IMG/VR virus record: IMGVR_UViG_3300032308_002516
Location: 1 to 53,900 of that record
Reading direction: 5' to 3' (one strand)
Length of the DNA: 53,900 nt
Source of the DNA: a virus
Lineage: Duplodnaviria; Caudoviricetes
Shown here: piece by piece, positions 1 to 9,376 of the stretch
Position numbering within the stretch: position 1 is the first letter of the stretch
How the letters are laid out: each line of letters begins with the position of its first letter
The notes under the pieces: model-generated
Told to the model about the DNA's origin: nothing
The model's input: only the letters and a program-made list of their open reading frames with translations
Databases searched by the model: none
Translations under genes and position numbers: made by a program

Positions 1-69
1 AAACTCAAAAATGGAGTAAAGTGGTTAGATACTCCGGAGCATCGGTCGATTAAAATAAACGGTCATTGA
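1..69 (+). CDS. 3' end of an upstream gene (partial)
   Basis: Frame 1 is open from base 1 (KLKNGVKWLDTPEHRSIKINGH) to TGA at 67-69 and overlaps the convergent gene, as at other junctions here. Confidence 0.35.
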   Translation, partial: KLKNGVKWLDTPEHRSIKINGH

Positions 70-700
70 GACTGATTTGTATAGCATCTCTTTGACCGTT
101 GATATTGTGAACACTGTGTAGTATTCTAGCATTTAGAATCACCCATCTTTCTTTTTCAAATTGTACTTCTTTTAATTTGATCATGTTTTTAAAAATATTT
201 GTGTAAACATTGCGATCTCGAATTATTGGATGACCGTTTTCTCTCCACCATATCGTTGTCTGATCGGCATTACTAACATCAAACAGATAAAGCAATAGGT
301 AATCCCTTGTGGTGTCGGTGTGAGGACCTAATACTTGGTCTTCTTCATTTTCCTTATGAGACGGTGCTATAGAAGCATCGATAAATCTATCAGTAATGTT
401 TTCTGATATCCATTGTTTGAATTTCTCGTTTACTGAAAAACGAACCACTGACCTACTTGTTATAGTTTTTCCGTGATCATTTAATTTCCTAAACATTTTA
501 TAAGAAATTTCTTTCTTTTCATCATCGACTTTTTGTACCCACTGTGATGTCAAAGATTGTAATTTTTTAGATTCCTCTAACTCAGCCCGTTTGATTCTAA
601 GAACATTTTTTGATTCTTCTAAAAACTTTTCAGGAACTTTGGGCAAGTCTAAATATCTATAGTACCAAATTTCTTCTTCTAGAGACATATTTTTTTCCAA
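50..700 (-). CDS. Putative 2OG/Fe(II)-dependent oxygenase (DSBH fold); ATG at 688 is an alternative start
   Basis: GPHTD...ILHSV...QRDAIQ gives HxD...H plus a distal Arg. Confidence 0.6.
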   Translation of the reverse strand: MEKNMSLEEEIWYYRYLDLPKVPEKFLEESKNVLRIKRAELEESKKLQSLTSQWVQKVDDEKKEISYKMFRKLNDHGKTITSRSVVRFSVNEKFKQWISENITDRFIDASIAPSHKENEEDQVLGPHTDTTRDYLLLYLFDVSNADQTTIWWRENGHPIIRDRNVYTNIFKNMIKLKEVQFEKERWVILNARILHSVHNINGQRDAIQISLNDRLF

Positions 701-764
701 TATATATATTTTAATTTATGCGAATTTTCAAAACCAGAATAAATTTGTTTGATAAAAAAACAAC

Positions 765-772
765 AATAAATA
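765..772 (+). promoter_or_regulatory. T4-late-like promoter AATAAATA
   Basis: 7 nt before ATG 780, with no Shine-Dalgarno (SD) between. Confidence 0.5.
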
Positions 773-779
773 TCATTCT

Positions 780-1637
780 ATGTTCTTAGCCCATAAATCA
801 GATCTTAAAATCAATTTTGCCAAACCATTGATACAATTTGACAAGAAAAAAATTTTAGTTAACAATCAAAGTTTGATGTTGTTAAACAATATCTGCCCTC
901 ATCAAGGAAGTCTTATCTTAACCGAACCCACAGACAAAATTAGCTGCAGATATCATGGCTGGACCTGGGATCATGCAGGTAGGCCTCTAAATTCCGGCAA
1001 TACTGAAATATGTAATAATTTTAATTTAGTTAAAAAAAATACCTACGAAATTAACGATTTAATTTTTACTGATCCTATTGATTTAGGATCAATCAAAGAA
1101 ATAGATTTTAGTTATATGACTCTAGTTGAATCCAGGGTAGATAGCGTACTTACTGATTACGGAAATATTATAGATGTATTTTTGGACGTAGATCATATAC
1201 CCATCGTTCATTCTTCTATATACGACAGCATAGGAGTGAAAAATGATGTTGAGTGGGTGTATTATGATTGGGGTAGCATTCAACTAGTTCATCAATCCAC
1301 TGACTATTCTGAAGAGTTCAAAGAAACATTAATAGGGATGCCTGATCAAAAATTAGCAGCAGTATGGATTACTGTATATCCATATACAACTATTGAATGG
1401 CAACCCGGAGCTTTGTTTATCAATGTATGTGTTCCTAGAAATGAATGTACTGATGTTTGTGTTTTCAAATACAGAGATAGTAGATATAGAGAAAATAATT
1501 GGAAGATAAATTCTGAGATATGGGAAACTGCCTGGTTACAAGATAAACAGCAAGCAGAATCAATAATAAACAGATCCATGTTTGATGCTCATCTAGAAAC
1601 CAGTAAGATACATTTTAGAAATTGGAATAAAAAATGA
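780..1637 (+). CDS. Rieske [2Fe-2S] non-heme iron oxygenase, alpha-subunit-like
   Basis: CPHQG...CRYHGW Rieske ligands; DVDHIPIVH and a C-terminal QD for the mononuclear Fe site. Confidence 0.85.
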   Translation: MFLAHKSDLKINFAKPLIQFDKKKILVNNQSLMLLNNICPHQGSLILTEPTDKISCRYHGWTWDHAGRPLNSGNTEICNNFNLVKKNTYEINDLIFTDPIDLGSIKEIDFSYMTLVESRVDSVLTDYGNIIDVFLDVDHIPIVHSSIYDSIGVKNDVEWVYYDWGSIQLVHQSTDYSEEFKETLIGMPDQKLAAVWITVYPYTTIEWQPGALFINVCVPRNECTDVCVFKYRDSRYRENNWKINSEIWETAWLQDKQQAESIINRSMFDAHLETSKIHFRNWNKK

Positions 1638-2557
1638 TTCACGGTTTTGAAAATGGAAAATTCTATATAGATTTTATTTCTTCTTCTAGACCCATAGGTA
1701 ATATGAGAGAGGAGGCTGACAGAAGGGCGTTAGAGATCGCCAAAGATAATCCAAAATGTATTTTGAGTTTCAGTGGGGGTATAGATAGCCAAAGTGTTCT
1801 GCATAGCTTTTACACACAAGGACTCCCATTAGAAACTGCATTTATGTTCTGTCCCGGATATAACGATAACGAGTACGAACAAGTTAAAATTCTAGACAAA
1901 AAATATAAAATTTCTACAGAAGTTATTACTATTGATCCCATGGCCTGCAGAGAAGAAATTGAATTTTTAAGTCTCGAATTAGATATACCGGGGAAAAATC
2001 ATTTACTACAAAGAAAATTTTTAAGTTATCTCCCACCCGATTATACTTTTATACAAATCGTACATGACCCTTTTGTCTATATCAATCCAGTTTCTAGAAA
2101 CAAATATTACTGTCAAGGTTATTATTGGCCGGAAATAGCTCGGCAAATAGCATTAGACTCACTAGGAAGGCCGGGAAGAAATATATTATACGGTGATACA
2201 TGGCAATTTTTAGCCAGCATTCTTAATGACGATATTTTTAAGTCGGCAATGATCTCCTCACAGTACTTTGATAACAACGGAGCTACTATTGCTGGAAAAG
2301 ATCTTCGTGGTGTGGATAGATGGGATTATTATATCAAACCCTTAATTTATGGAAAATATTGGAAAGACGAGTTGATCTATTTTACCAAGTATCGTGGGTT
2401 TGAATTAATACCATATCTTAATGATAAAACTCCTAAAATAAAGAAACACATGATAGCCTATCCCTATGAAGAAATTATTTCTTTTTTAACTTCTCAAAAA
2501 ACAGAAGTAAAAAGAGTTTACGAAAATGTAGATTATAATCTTTCGGAAATACTTTGA
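1634..2557 (+). CDS. PP-loop (adenine nucleotide alpha-hydrolase) protein
   Basis: LSFSGGIDS motif. Confidence 0.7.
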   Translation: MIHGFENGKFYIDFISSSRPIGNMREEADRRALEIAKDNPKCILSFSGGIDSQSVLHSFYTQGLPLETAFMFCPGYNDNEYEQVKILDKKYKISTEVITIDPMACREEIEFLSLELDIPGKNHLLQRKFLSYLPPDYTFIQIVHDPFVYINPVSRNKYYCQGYYWPEIARQIALDSLGRPGRNILYGDTWQFLASILNDDIFKSAMISSQYFDNNGATIAGKDLRGVDRWDYYIKPLIYGKYWKDELIYFTKYRGFELIPYLNDKTPKIKKHMIAYPYEEIISFLTSQKTEVKRVYENVDYNLSEIL

Positions 2558-3789
2558 TGAAAAATAAAATTGGATTTTACTATAAAGTCAAAGACAAAAT
2601 ATTTTACAATAAAATAGATGCGATCATGCATGCTAGTAAAACTTTAGACGATGTCTCTTGGCACTTTCACCAAGATATATTTGAAAAAATAAATTGGACT
2701 ATAGAACCGGATGCAGACTTAGATGAATTCTATAAAAATCGAGCCCAACAAATACGAGAAGAATATGACTATGTCGTAATTTTATGTAGCGGCGGAGCGG
2801 ATAGTACCAATGTCGTAAAGAGTTTTTTAAACAACGACATTTTTCCTGACGAAATCATAGCGGCAGCACCTATGTCTGGGCTAAACAACTTTGATTTCAA
2901 TACCAAGGATACTAGCCACATAAACACAATGTCCGAAACAAAGTATGCTCAACTTCCGTTGATGGACGAAATATCATCTAAATTTCCCAACGTTAAAATC
3001 ACACTCCATGATTATTTTCATGACATGTTAGATTATAAGTCGGAAGAATGGCTATATCAATGTGAAGATTGGGTTCATCCGTCTAGCCGTGCTAGATATA
3101 GATATGAAAGAATTCCACACTTGAAAAAAATAGCAGAGGCCGGCAAACGCATGGCATTTGTATACGGTATTGATAAACCAACATTAGCTGTAGATGATCA
3201 TACTGGGGATATCTATACTGTATTTGCTGACCTTCCTGTTAACGTTCAGAGATTACCGTTCGATAGGGATTATTTAAATGTAGATAACGTTTTATTTTAC
3301 TGGAATGGTCAATTACCTTTAATGATGGTCAAACAGGCACATCAGTTATCCAGATGGATTTTTAAACCGGAAAATATCAGAGCATTAAAATATCTAAGAA
3401 TACAAAGCAGAGCGTTGAAAACTTCCTGGGCCGAAAACCGATTCCGACATAGCCGATATGAGAGAGCAATAGTTCCCTGCATTTATCCCTCTACGCATAG
3501 ATCGATTTTCCAAGCAGAAAAGCCGATAAGCATTTTTCTAGGAGAACACGACGGTTGGTTCTATCAACTACATAACAAAACTATGCTTAATCAGATGATG
3601 GTATCAGATACCATTAGTTTTTTTAAAAAAATAAATCCTAAATATATTAATCCAGGAAATAACGGATTTCAAACTTTTATTAATTCTTATAAAATTGGAA
3701 AAGTTTCAGACTTTACAGAAAATCAAGATACCTTTAAGAGCATGCTAGATCTACCAGAGGTATTAGTATCTCGTTATTTTGATAGATAA
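2554..3789 (+). CDS. PP-loop ATP-pyrophosphatase-like protein, paralog of 21251..22498
   Basis: ILCSGGADSTN; long shared blocks with 21251..22498. Confidence 0.75.
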   Translation: MMKNKIGFYYKVKDKIFYNKIDAIMHASKTLDDVSWHFHQDIFEKINWTIEPDADLDEFYKNRAQQIREEYDYVVILCSGGADSTNVVKSFLNNDIFPDEIIAAAPMSGLNNFDFNTKDTSHINTMSETKYAQLPLMDEISSKFPNVKITLHDYFHDMLDYKSEEWLYQCEDWVHPSSRARYRYERIPHLKKIAEAGKRMAFVYGIDKPTLAVDDHTGDIYTVFADLPVNVQRLPFDRDYLNVDNVLFYWNGQLPLMMVKQAHQLSRWIFKPENIRALKYLRIQSRALKTSWAENRFRHSRYERAIVPCIYPSTHRSIFQAEKPISIFLGEHDGWFYQLHNKTMLNQMMVSDTISFFKKINPKYINPGNNGFQTFINSYKIGKVSDFTENQDTFKSMLDLPEVLVSRYFDR

Positions 3790-4397
3790 GTTCTGGTTAT
3801 CATCGGATTAGATTCATCTCTAGGGCCATCCTCGCTATCCGGATGGAATGCTACCAAGCTCATACTATGGTCCTGTGTTCTAAATCTATGTTTTGAAAAT
3901 CGATCTAATATAAAAATTGTTCCTGAAGATAATTCATAAATCTGATCATTAACATCTGCGAATCCCTGCCCAGATAGAACCATACCAATTCTCACGCTAG
4001 GATGAGTATGAAAAGTCTGATTTATTTCTGGAGGGAAAAAAAGATAATTAAGACAAGGATCCCCGTCTCTGGGAGCCGGTATCACACAAGAATTAGAACA
4101 TCCGTCTATGTAACTCAGGTTACCCGGAGATAAAGTATTTAAAAGTGTTAGAATTTCTTCATTCATATTGAATCCAAGTAATTCTATAATAACACCTTTC
4201 CCTTCTACTTCAAATCCTTGATTGAGAGAAGCAGATATTTTTCCTTTTCCGGAAATCGAATCTCCTCGTATTTCACCGTCACAGATTATCATTCGAGTTA
4301 TAGATTGATTTTTAAATGATCGAGTACCATTCAAAATTTTAATACTCAAGCGGTGTCGATCAAAAATGTCTGTATCTTGTGTGATAAATCTAATCAT
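3774..4397 (-). CDS. Cupin-domain protein
   Basis: QTFHTHPSVRIG...SGQG...KHRFRT cupin motifs. Confidence 0.7.
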   Translation of the reverse strand: MIRFITQDTDIFDRHRLSIKILNGTRSFKNQSITRMIICDGEIRGDSISGKGKISASLNQGFEVEGKGVIIELLGFNMNEEILTLLNTLSPGNLSYIDGCSNSCVIPAPRDGDPCLNYLFFPPEINQTFHTHPSVRIGMVLSGQGFADVNDQIYELSSGTIFILDRFSKHRFRTQDHSMSLVAFHPDSEDGPRDESNPMITRTYLSK

Positions 4398-4401
4398 ACA
4401 T

Positions 4402-4434
4402 TATTTATCAGTGGGTGTTTTTCCTCTATAAATA
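4402..4434. promoter_or_regulatory. Back-to-back late-type promoters: GATAAATA on minus (4402-4409), TATAAATA on plus (4427-4434)
   Basis: The plus box is the exact T4 gp55 consensus; the minus box is 4 nt from the ATG at 4397. Confidence 0.7.
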
Positions 4435-4454
4435 TCCGACAGAAATCAAATTAT

Positions 4455-5918
4455 ATGGATATAGTATTATTAACCGCGTGTGTCGGCAAAGAATTTAAAC
4501 TTTTCAGAACTCTAGGAACTTATCAAATCGCATGGTATCTTCGTAACTTTGATTATTCTGTGCAGGTGATAGATTTTATACATAAATTTTCTGAAGAGCA
4601 AATTTGGAAATTGATCGAAAAATATGTAAACGATAAAACAAAAATTGTCGGATACAGCCCAATGATAGATTTTCCGGAACACGGAGAATACAACAATAAG
4701 ATCGAAAGAATATTATTACGTATCAAAAAGAAATTTCCACAGATAAAAATCGTAGCAGGGGGTGCCTCAGCACAGGCGTTTGTTAAGAAATATAGAAATA
4801 AAAGTTTATTTGATGTTATTTTTATGGGACATGCCGAAGATACAATGTTGGCTTTCTGTAACCATATATTTAGAGGGGCCGCACCCCTGGCATATGAAAA
4901 AATCGAGGGAAATGTTGTAATTAGAGAAAATATTCCTCTTCCTCAGATATTTGAAAAATTTGATATTAAAAAATGTACACACACGTGGAGCCAAAATGAT
5001 TTTATACAACCGAGAGAGACTTTGCCGATAGAACTCGGAAGAGGGTGTGTATTTGCCTGTAAATTTTGTCAATATCCTTATATAGGAAAATCTAAAAACG
5101 ATTTTACTAGAGAAATGGAATTAATAAAAGAAGAAATACTTAGAAATTACCAGCAGTTCGGAACAACTCGTTATTACATGGTCGACGATACTTTTAATGC
5201 TGATAGAACACGATTAAAAGAATTTACAGAGATGGTAAAAACTTTACCTTTTGATCTTCAATACGCAGCATATCTAAGACTTGATTTAATTCATAAATGG
5301 TCGGAGCAGGAAGATCTCCTTCCAGAATCGGGATTAGTTAGTTGTTTTTTTGGAATAGAGAGCTTTAATCAAGAAGCAGCAGATTTAGTTGGAAAAGGGT
5401 GGCAAAACAAAAAAGTAAAAGATTATCTTCCTGATCTTTATCATAATAAATGGAAGAGAAAAATTTCTCCGAGACTTGGATTAATTTGCGGACTTCCGCC
5501 TGAAACATTTAATGAAATGTTTGATACCCATAATTGGTTAGTAGAAAATAAATTACCTAGCTGGTATTGGGCGCATCTCCAGATCAATCGTGATAAAATT
5601 AACTCATACACTTCGGAATTCGAAAGAAATGCAGAAAAATATGGTTTTTCTTTCGAAAGCGATAATGGTAGGGTTATCTGGAAACATAGCTTATACAACG
5701 AAAGACAGACCGAAGACATGGCAACCACTCTAAATAATTTGTCTAAGCCTTACACCACCCCTAGCTGGATGCCCCTTTTAGAATTAGGCAATTATACAGA
5801 CGATATAAATCTTTATAGAGTAACGGCCCATGATAGTATAGATTGGAATCCAATACGTCAAGGAAGGCTCAATTTCCTAAAAAATTACTATACCCAACTG
5901 TTAAATCAAAATATCTAA
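4455..5918 (+). CDS. Cobalamin-binding-domain radical SAM enzyme; start moved from 4353 to ATG 4455
   Basis: ELGRGCVFACKFC (CxxxCxxC), VDDTFN, FFGIES, GLPPET; N-terminal B12-binding-like domain (IVAGG); promoter lies at 4427. Confidence 0.85.
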   Translation: MDIVLLTACVGKEFKLFRTLGTYQIAWYLRNFDYSVQVIDFIHKFSEEQIWKLIEKYVNDKTKIVGYSPMIDFPEHGEYNNKIERILLRIKKKFPQIKIVAGGASAQAFVKKYRNKSLFDVIFMGHAEDTMLAFCNHIFRGAAPLAYEKIEGNVVIRENIPLPQIFEKFDIKKCTHTWSQNDFIQPRETLPIELGRGCVFACKFCQYPYIGKSKNDFTREMELIKEEILRNYQQFGTTRYYMVDDTFNADRTRLKEFTEMVKTLPFDLQYAAYLRLDLIHKWSEQEDLLPESGLVSCFFGIESFNQEAADLVGKGWQNKKVKDYLPDLYHNKWKRKISPRLGLICGLPPETFNEMFDTHNWLVENKLPSWYWAHLQINRDKINSYTSEFERNAEKYGFSFESDNGRVIWKHSLYNERQTEDMATTLNNLSKPYTTPSWMPLLELGNYTDDINLYRVTAHDSIDWNPIRQGRLNFLKNYYTQLLNQNI

Positions 5919-6706
5919 TTATGCATAAATTGGGATCTGTGATTTTGAATAATATCGGCAACCGAATCCCATAATTCGATTCGAGCTCTAAGAGCTTCAA
6001 TGGCGGCTTGTTCAGCTTCATGTATGTGGACAGGATCGTGATCACAAAGGTCCTGTACTAAAGAAATACTAGCCGGACCATGCTCCTCACTATCTATTTC
6101 TATGTGGCGTTCTAAATAATAATAAAATTTAGGACAATCGATTTTAGAAATATTTAAATTACTGGATAAATTTTGAAACATTTGCGGTATAATAGTTTCT
6201 CTACCAAAACAAAAAGCAGCAGCAATTATATGAGGTTCACCAGTATCAATAAATTTAAATGTTTTTTTTACAAATTTTAAACTAGCGTCGGGAATACTCA
6301 CTTCTTCTATCGCAGAATATACTCCCTGGTCTTTGACAGCTTCCACCCATTTTTCTATAGTGTTAGCATCGGCTCCAACTTCTAACATCGCTTGACAGTA
6401 TAGATCGTGGTGAGCTATACTGTTTATACCGTCTATATCTAGATCACTTTCTTCTGCTAACACGATTTCATTTATGAGTCTAGCTGCACCGCTTCTGATA
6501 TTTCTAGTCGGTATCCAGCAATTTGTACTTGGACAAATATGATTTTGTAGACTCTTTAGAAGACACATAAAATCCCAAACCGCAAAAACATGATGCTCCA
6601 TGAATATATGAAGATCGGTGATATCTTTAATGACATTTCCGACCAATAAAGGATGCTGTTCTAATTGGTTTTTTAACTGATTAATTTTCGTTAGAGGCAA
6701 GATCAT
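5915..6706 (-). CDS. DUF3050 heme-oxygenase-like (HDO superfamily) protein
   Basis: FMEHHVFAVWDFMCLLKSLQ, INEIVLAEESD, FGRE, YLERHIEID..EHGP. Confidence 0.85.
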   Translation of the reverse strand: MILPLTKINQLKNQLEQHPLLVGNVIKDITDLHIFMEHHVFAVWDFMCLLKSLQNHICPSTNCWIPTRNIRSGAARLINEIVLAEESDLDIDGINSIAHHDLYCQAMLEVGADANTIEKWVEAVKDQGVYSAIEEVSIPDASLKFVKKTFKFIDTGEPHIIAAAFCFGRETIIPQMFQNLSSNLNISKIDCPKFYYYLERHIEIDSEEHGPASISLVQDLCDHDPVHIHEAEQAAIEALRARIELWDSVADIIQNHRSQFMHN

Positions 6707-7209
6707 GATAGCGGATTTTCATTTACACACATCACTATGTGGATTCTATCACTATCTCCACCATTGATAAATGTGTGCTTTTTAGTAGTGTTGGTCCAAT
6801 AAACGAATCCCGCAGGCAATCTTTTACATTGAGAAAAGTGAGGCCATATCATCCAACATTCGTCATTGGTCGTTATAGGAATGTGAATTCTCGGTGTGGG
6901 ATCAGCATGAACTGAGTACATCTTATTCGGGGGCATGATCATTATCCTTGTTCTAAAACCATTATGCTTTTGAATCAACTTTTCGATAATAGTGTTAGAC
7001 AAGCTGGCATGGATGTTGATATATTCTTTTTCTTCTCGAATATCTAACTCTTCAATCCTTCCAGTTCCAATGTCCCAATCATCTAAACCTTCTGTTAAAC
7101 CTTGACAGATTAATTGAAGTTTGCCCTGCCCGTAATTTTTAACAATTTCAAAAACTTCATTTTGTAAATTTTCAAAATCTTCAATTTTGTACAATGGATC
7201 TAATAACAT
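6703..7209 (-). CDS. Asp/Asn beta-hydroxylase-like 2OG/Fe(II) oxygenase
   Basis: SVHADPTPRIHIPI...KKHTFINGG..DRIHIV. Confidence 0.75.
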   Translation of the reverse strand: MLLDPLYKIEDFENLQNEVFEIVKNYGQGKLQLICQGLTEGLDDWDIGTGRIEELDIREEKEYINIHASLSNTIIEKLIQKHNGFRTRIMIMPPNKMYSVHADPTPRIHIPITTNDECWMIWPHFSQCKRLPAGFVYWTNTTKKHTFINGGDSDRIHIVMCVNENPLS

Positions 7210-7266
7210 GGTAATTTTTATTTATTTAGGAGCATAGGCATAAATTAATTTACTGTTCTGGTGAAG

Positions 7267-7295
7267 TTGACAATTTGGATTTTTGATGTTATAAT
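7267..7295 (+). promoter_or_regulatory. Consensus sigma70 (early) promoter
   Basis: TTGACA-17 nt-TATAAT with extended TG; SD AGGAGG near 7310. Confidence 0.9.
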
Positions 7296-7320
7296 ATAAC
7301 TATATAGAAAGGAGGGCAAG

Positions 7321-7926
7321 ATGCCTAGCGTATTTTTAGTTAGCGACACGCATTTCGGACACGCTGGCGTTTGCCGCTTCACCCGAAATGACGGTGTTAC
7401 GAAGTTACGTCCCTGGGACGATCCCGCGGAGATGGACGAAGCCATGATCCGGGCTTGGAACGAACGTGTCCGGCCCACAGACAAAGTCTACCATTTGGGC
7501 GATGTTGTCATTAACCGTAAGGCTATGTCAACATTGGCTAGATTAAACGGTGATAAGGTTTTGATCCGTGGTAACCACGATATCTTTAGAGATGACGAAT
7601 ACCGTCAATACTTTAGAGAGTTGAGGGCATACCATGTGATGAACGGTATGATTTTGTCGCACATCCCGGTCCACGCAGATAGTTTGGGTAGATTTGGTGT
7701 TAACATCCACGGTCACTTACACGCAAATCGTGTTCGTAAGGCTCGTGGCGTTGATGCCAGGACTGGTGAAGTTTTATACGGTGACGAGATCGACCCACGT
7801 TACCACTGTGTTTGCGTAGAACAAACACCGAACTTTGCTCCTATCTTATTCGAAGACGTTATCAAGCGTATCGAAGAAGAAGGCGGTGAAATAGGTTTTA
7901 GGAACGGCAACGGTCCTATTATGTGA
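7321..7926 (+). CDS. Calcineurin-like metallophosphoesterase
   Basis: SDTHFGH, HLGDV, RGNHD, HGHLH. Confidence 0.92.
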   Translation: MPSVFLVSDTHFGHAGVCRFTRNDGVTKLRPWDDPAEMDEAMIRAWNERVRPTDKVYHLGDVVINRKAMSTLARLNGDKVLIRGNHDIFRDDEYRQYFRELRAYHVMNGMILSHIPVHADSLGRFGVNIHGHLHANRVRKARGVDARTGEVLYGDEIDPRYHCVCVEQTPNFAPILFEDVIKRIEEEGGEIGFRNGNGPIM

Positions 7927-7943
7927 TATTAACTACGCAGTTT

Positions 7944-7971
7944 ATAGGGCTCCCAGGAGCCCTATTTTTTT
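7944..7971 (+). terminator. Intrinsic terminator
   Basis: ATAGGGCTC-CCAG-GAGCCCTAT followed by a T run. Confidence 0.85.
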
Positions 7972-8017
7972 GGCTGGCATAAATATAATGAATAGGATAT
8001 TTCCAGGAGTTATTACT

Positions 8018-9376
8018 ATGCCCTTACAGATTCGCAGAGGCACCAGTGCTGAAGTTAATAGTATCACACCGTTGATCGGTGAGATTGTATACGATTCAAC
8101 ATTAAAAAGAATAGTTGTAGGTGATGGCACTACACAAGGAGGAATATCTGTAGCTGGTATTAATCTTAACGAAGCAAAAGATTCTGTTTCTGAGGTGTTT
8201 TTAGGGGGCAACCATAAAAATATCTCCTTTAGCTATAACAGTGCATCGAAGGTTATTTCAGCCACTGTAACTCTTGATCAATTTGAACTAGGAACAATTA
8301 ATGCCTCTATTATTGATAACAGCTCAACTACACTTGTAGATTCCGAAACCGGAGTAATTAGATGCAGTGATTTCTTTATTAACGAAGTGAATATCACTTC
8401 CGACGGAACAAATATAAATTTACCAGCAGGCACTACTATTGATGGTAATGAGATAGAATTTTACATCGGCACAGATGATTCTACAACTACAACAGTATCC
8501 AATGCTGACACCATAAACATTTTAGGTGACAACGTAAATATCTTTACTGCGGTAAATGAGGAAGGATATATTTTTGTATATTCTGATATAAGACAAATAA
8601 CTCCTCAACCGGACGCCAATGAAACTACAGCACATTTTATTCCGTTTTTAAGTAGTTTTAACAGTGCCTCTACAATAAAATGTGATGGAACTTTGAATTA
8701 TATTCCCGATACTGGTACATTAGCAGTAGATAAAATTTTTGCTGATACTTCGATTGGATCCCCTGCTTTGAATACAACTGTATTAACTACTGGTACTATC
8801 TATGCTAATAATGTACTAGAAATTACAGCTGCTCTTAATACTGGCACGACTCAACATCTAGTACAAGTTGGCAGTAATTCGATAGATGGAAGATTTAGAG
8901 TATTTCAAAATTCATATAAGAGTCTGTCAATGGTTGTGTTTGATCAATACCATTCAACTCCTGATGTTGACGATTTAAGATTTAACAGAGGTAGAGGAAC
9001 ATCAACAGCAACTACAGCAGTACAAACTGGTGATGACATCGCAGATATTTCATTTGCGGGACACGACGGAACTGCCATGCGTCTTTCTTCGGGAATAAGT
9101 GCTAGAGTAATGGGAACAGTTTCAAGTGGTGTGGTTCCCGGAGAATTGTTGTTTAATACAACTAACAGCACAGGAACATATCTTAATGCTGTAGAAATTA
9201 ATTCTAGCCAACAAACTACTTTCAAAGGTGCTATAACATTAGCTACATATGCGGATGCTGCGGCGAGAAACACTGCGATCCCAACTCCAACCGCAGGAAT
9301 GATGGTTTATATCACTGGCACAGGAAAATTCCAAGGATATAACGGCTCGACAACCACCTGGGATGATTTGAACTAA
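8018..9376 (+). CDS. Tail fibre / virion protein with Mtd-N-like head; start at ATG 8018
   Basis: MPLQIRRGT...GEIVYD...VVGDGTTQGG; Thr/Gly-rich; C-terminal PTAGMMVY...FQGYNG; AGGAG at 8005 and CATAAATA at 7978. Confidence 0.8.
   Translation: MPLQIRRGTSAEVNSITPLIGEIVYDSTLKRIVVGDGTTQGGISVAGINLNEAKDSVSEVFLGGNHKNISFSYNSASKVISATVTLDQFELGTINASIIDNSSTTLVDSETGVIRCSDFFINEVNITSDGTNINLPAGTTIDGNEIEFYIGTDDSTTTTVSNADTINILGDNVNIFTAVNEEGYIFVYSDIRQITPQPDANETTAHFIPFLSSFNSASTIKCDGTLNYIPDTGTLAVDKIFADTSIGSPALNTTVLTTGTIYANNVLEITAALNTGTTQHLVQVGSNSIDGRFRVFQNSYKSLSMVVFDQYHSTPDVDDLRFNRGRGTSTATTAVQTGDDIADISFAGHDGTAMRLSSGISARVMGTVSSGVVPGELLFNTTNSTGTYLNAVEINSSQQTTFKGAITLATYADAAARNTAIPTPTAGMMVYITGTGKFQGYNGSTTTWDDLN

Noticed and set aside
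4353-4454. ORF-track N-terminal extensions (also at 7970, 19102, 27415, 28056, 29962, 34092 and 34946)
   Set aside because: They overlap neighbouring genes or promoters; downstream starts fit the SD, promoter position and domain boundaries better
7970-9376. Diversity-generating retroelement, suggested by the Mtd-like N-terminus
   Set aside because: No reverse transcriptase and no template/variable repeat pair seen in the window
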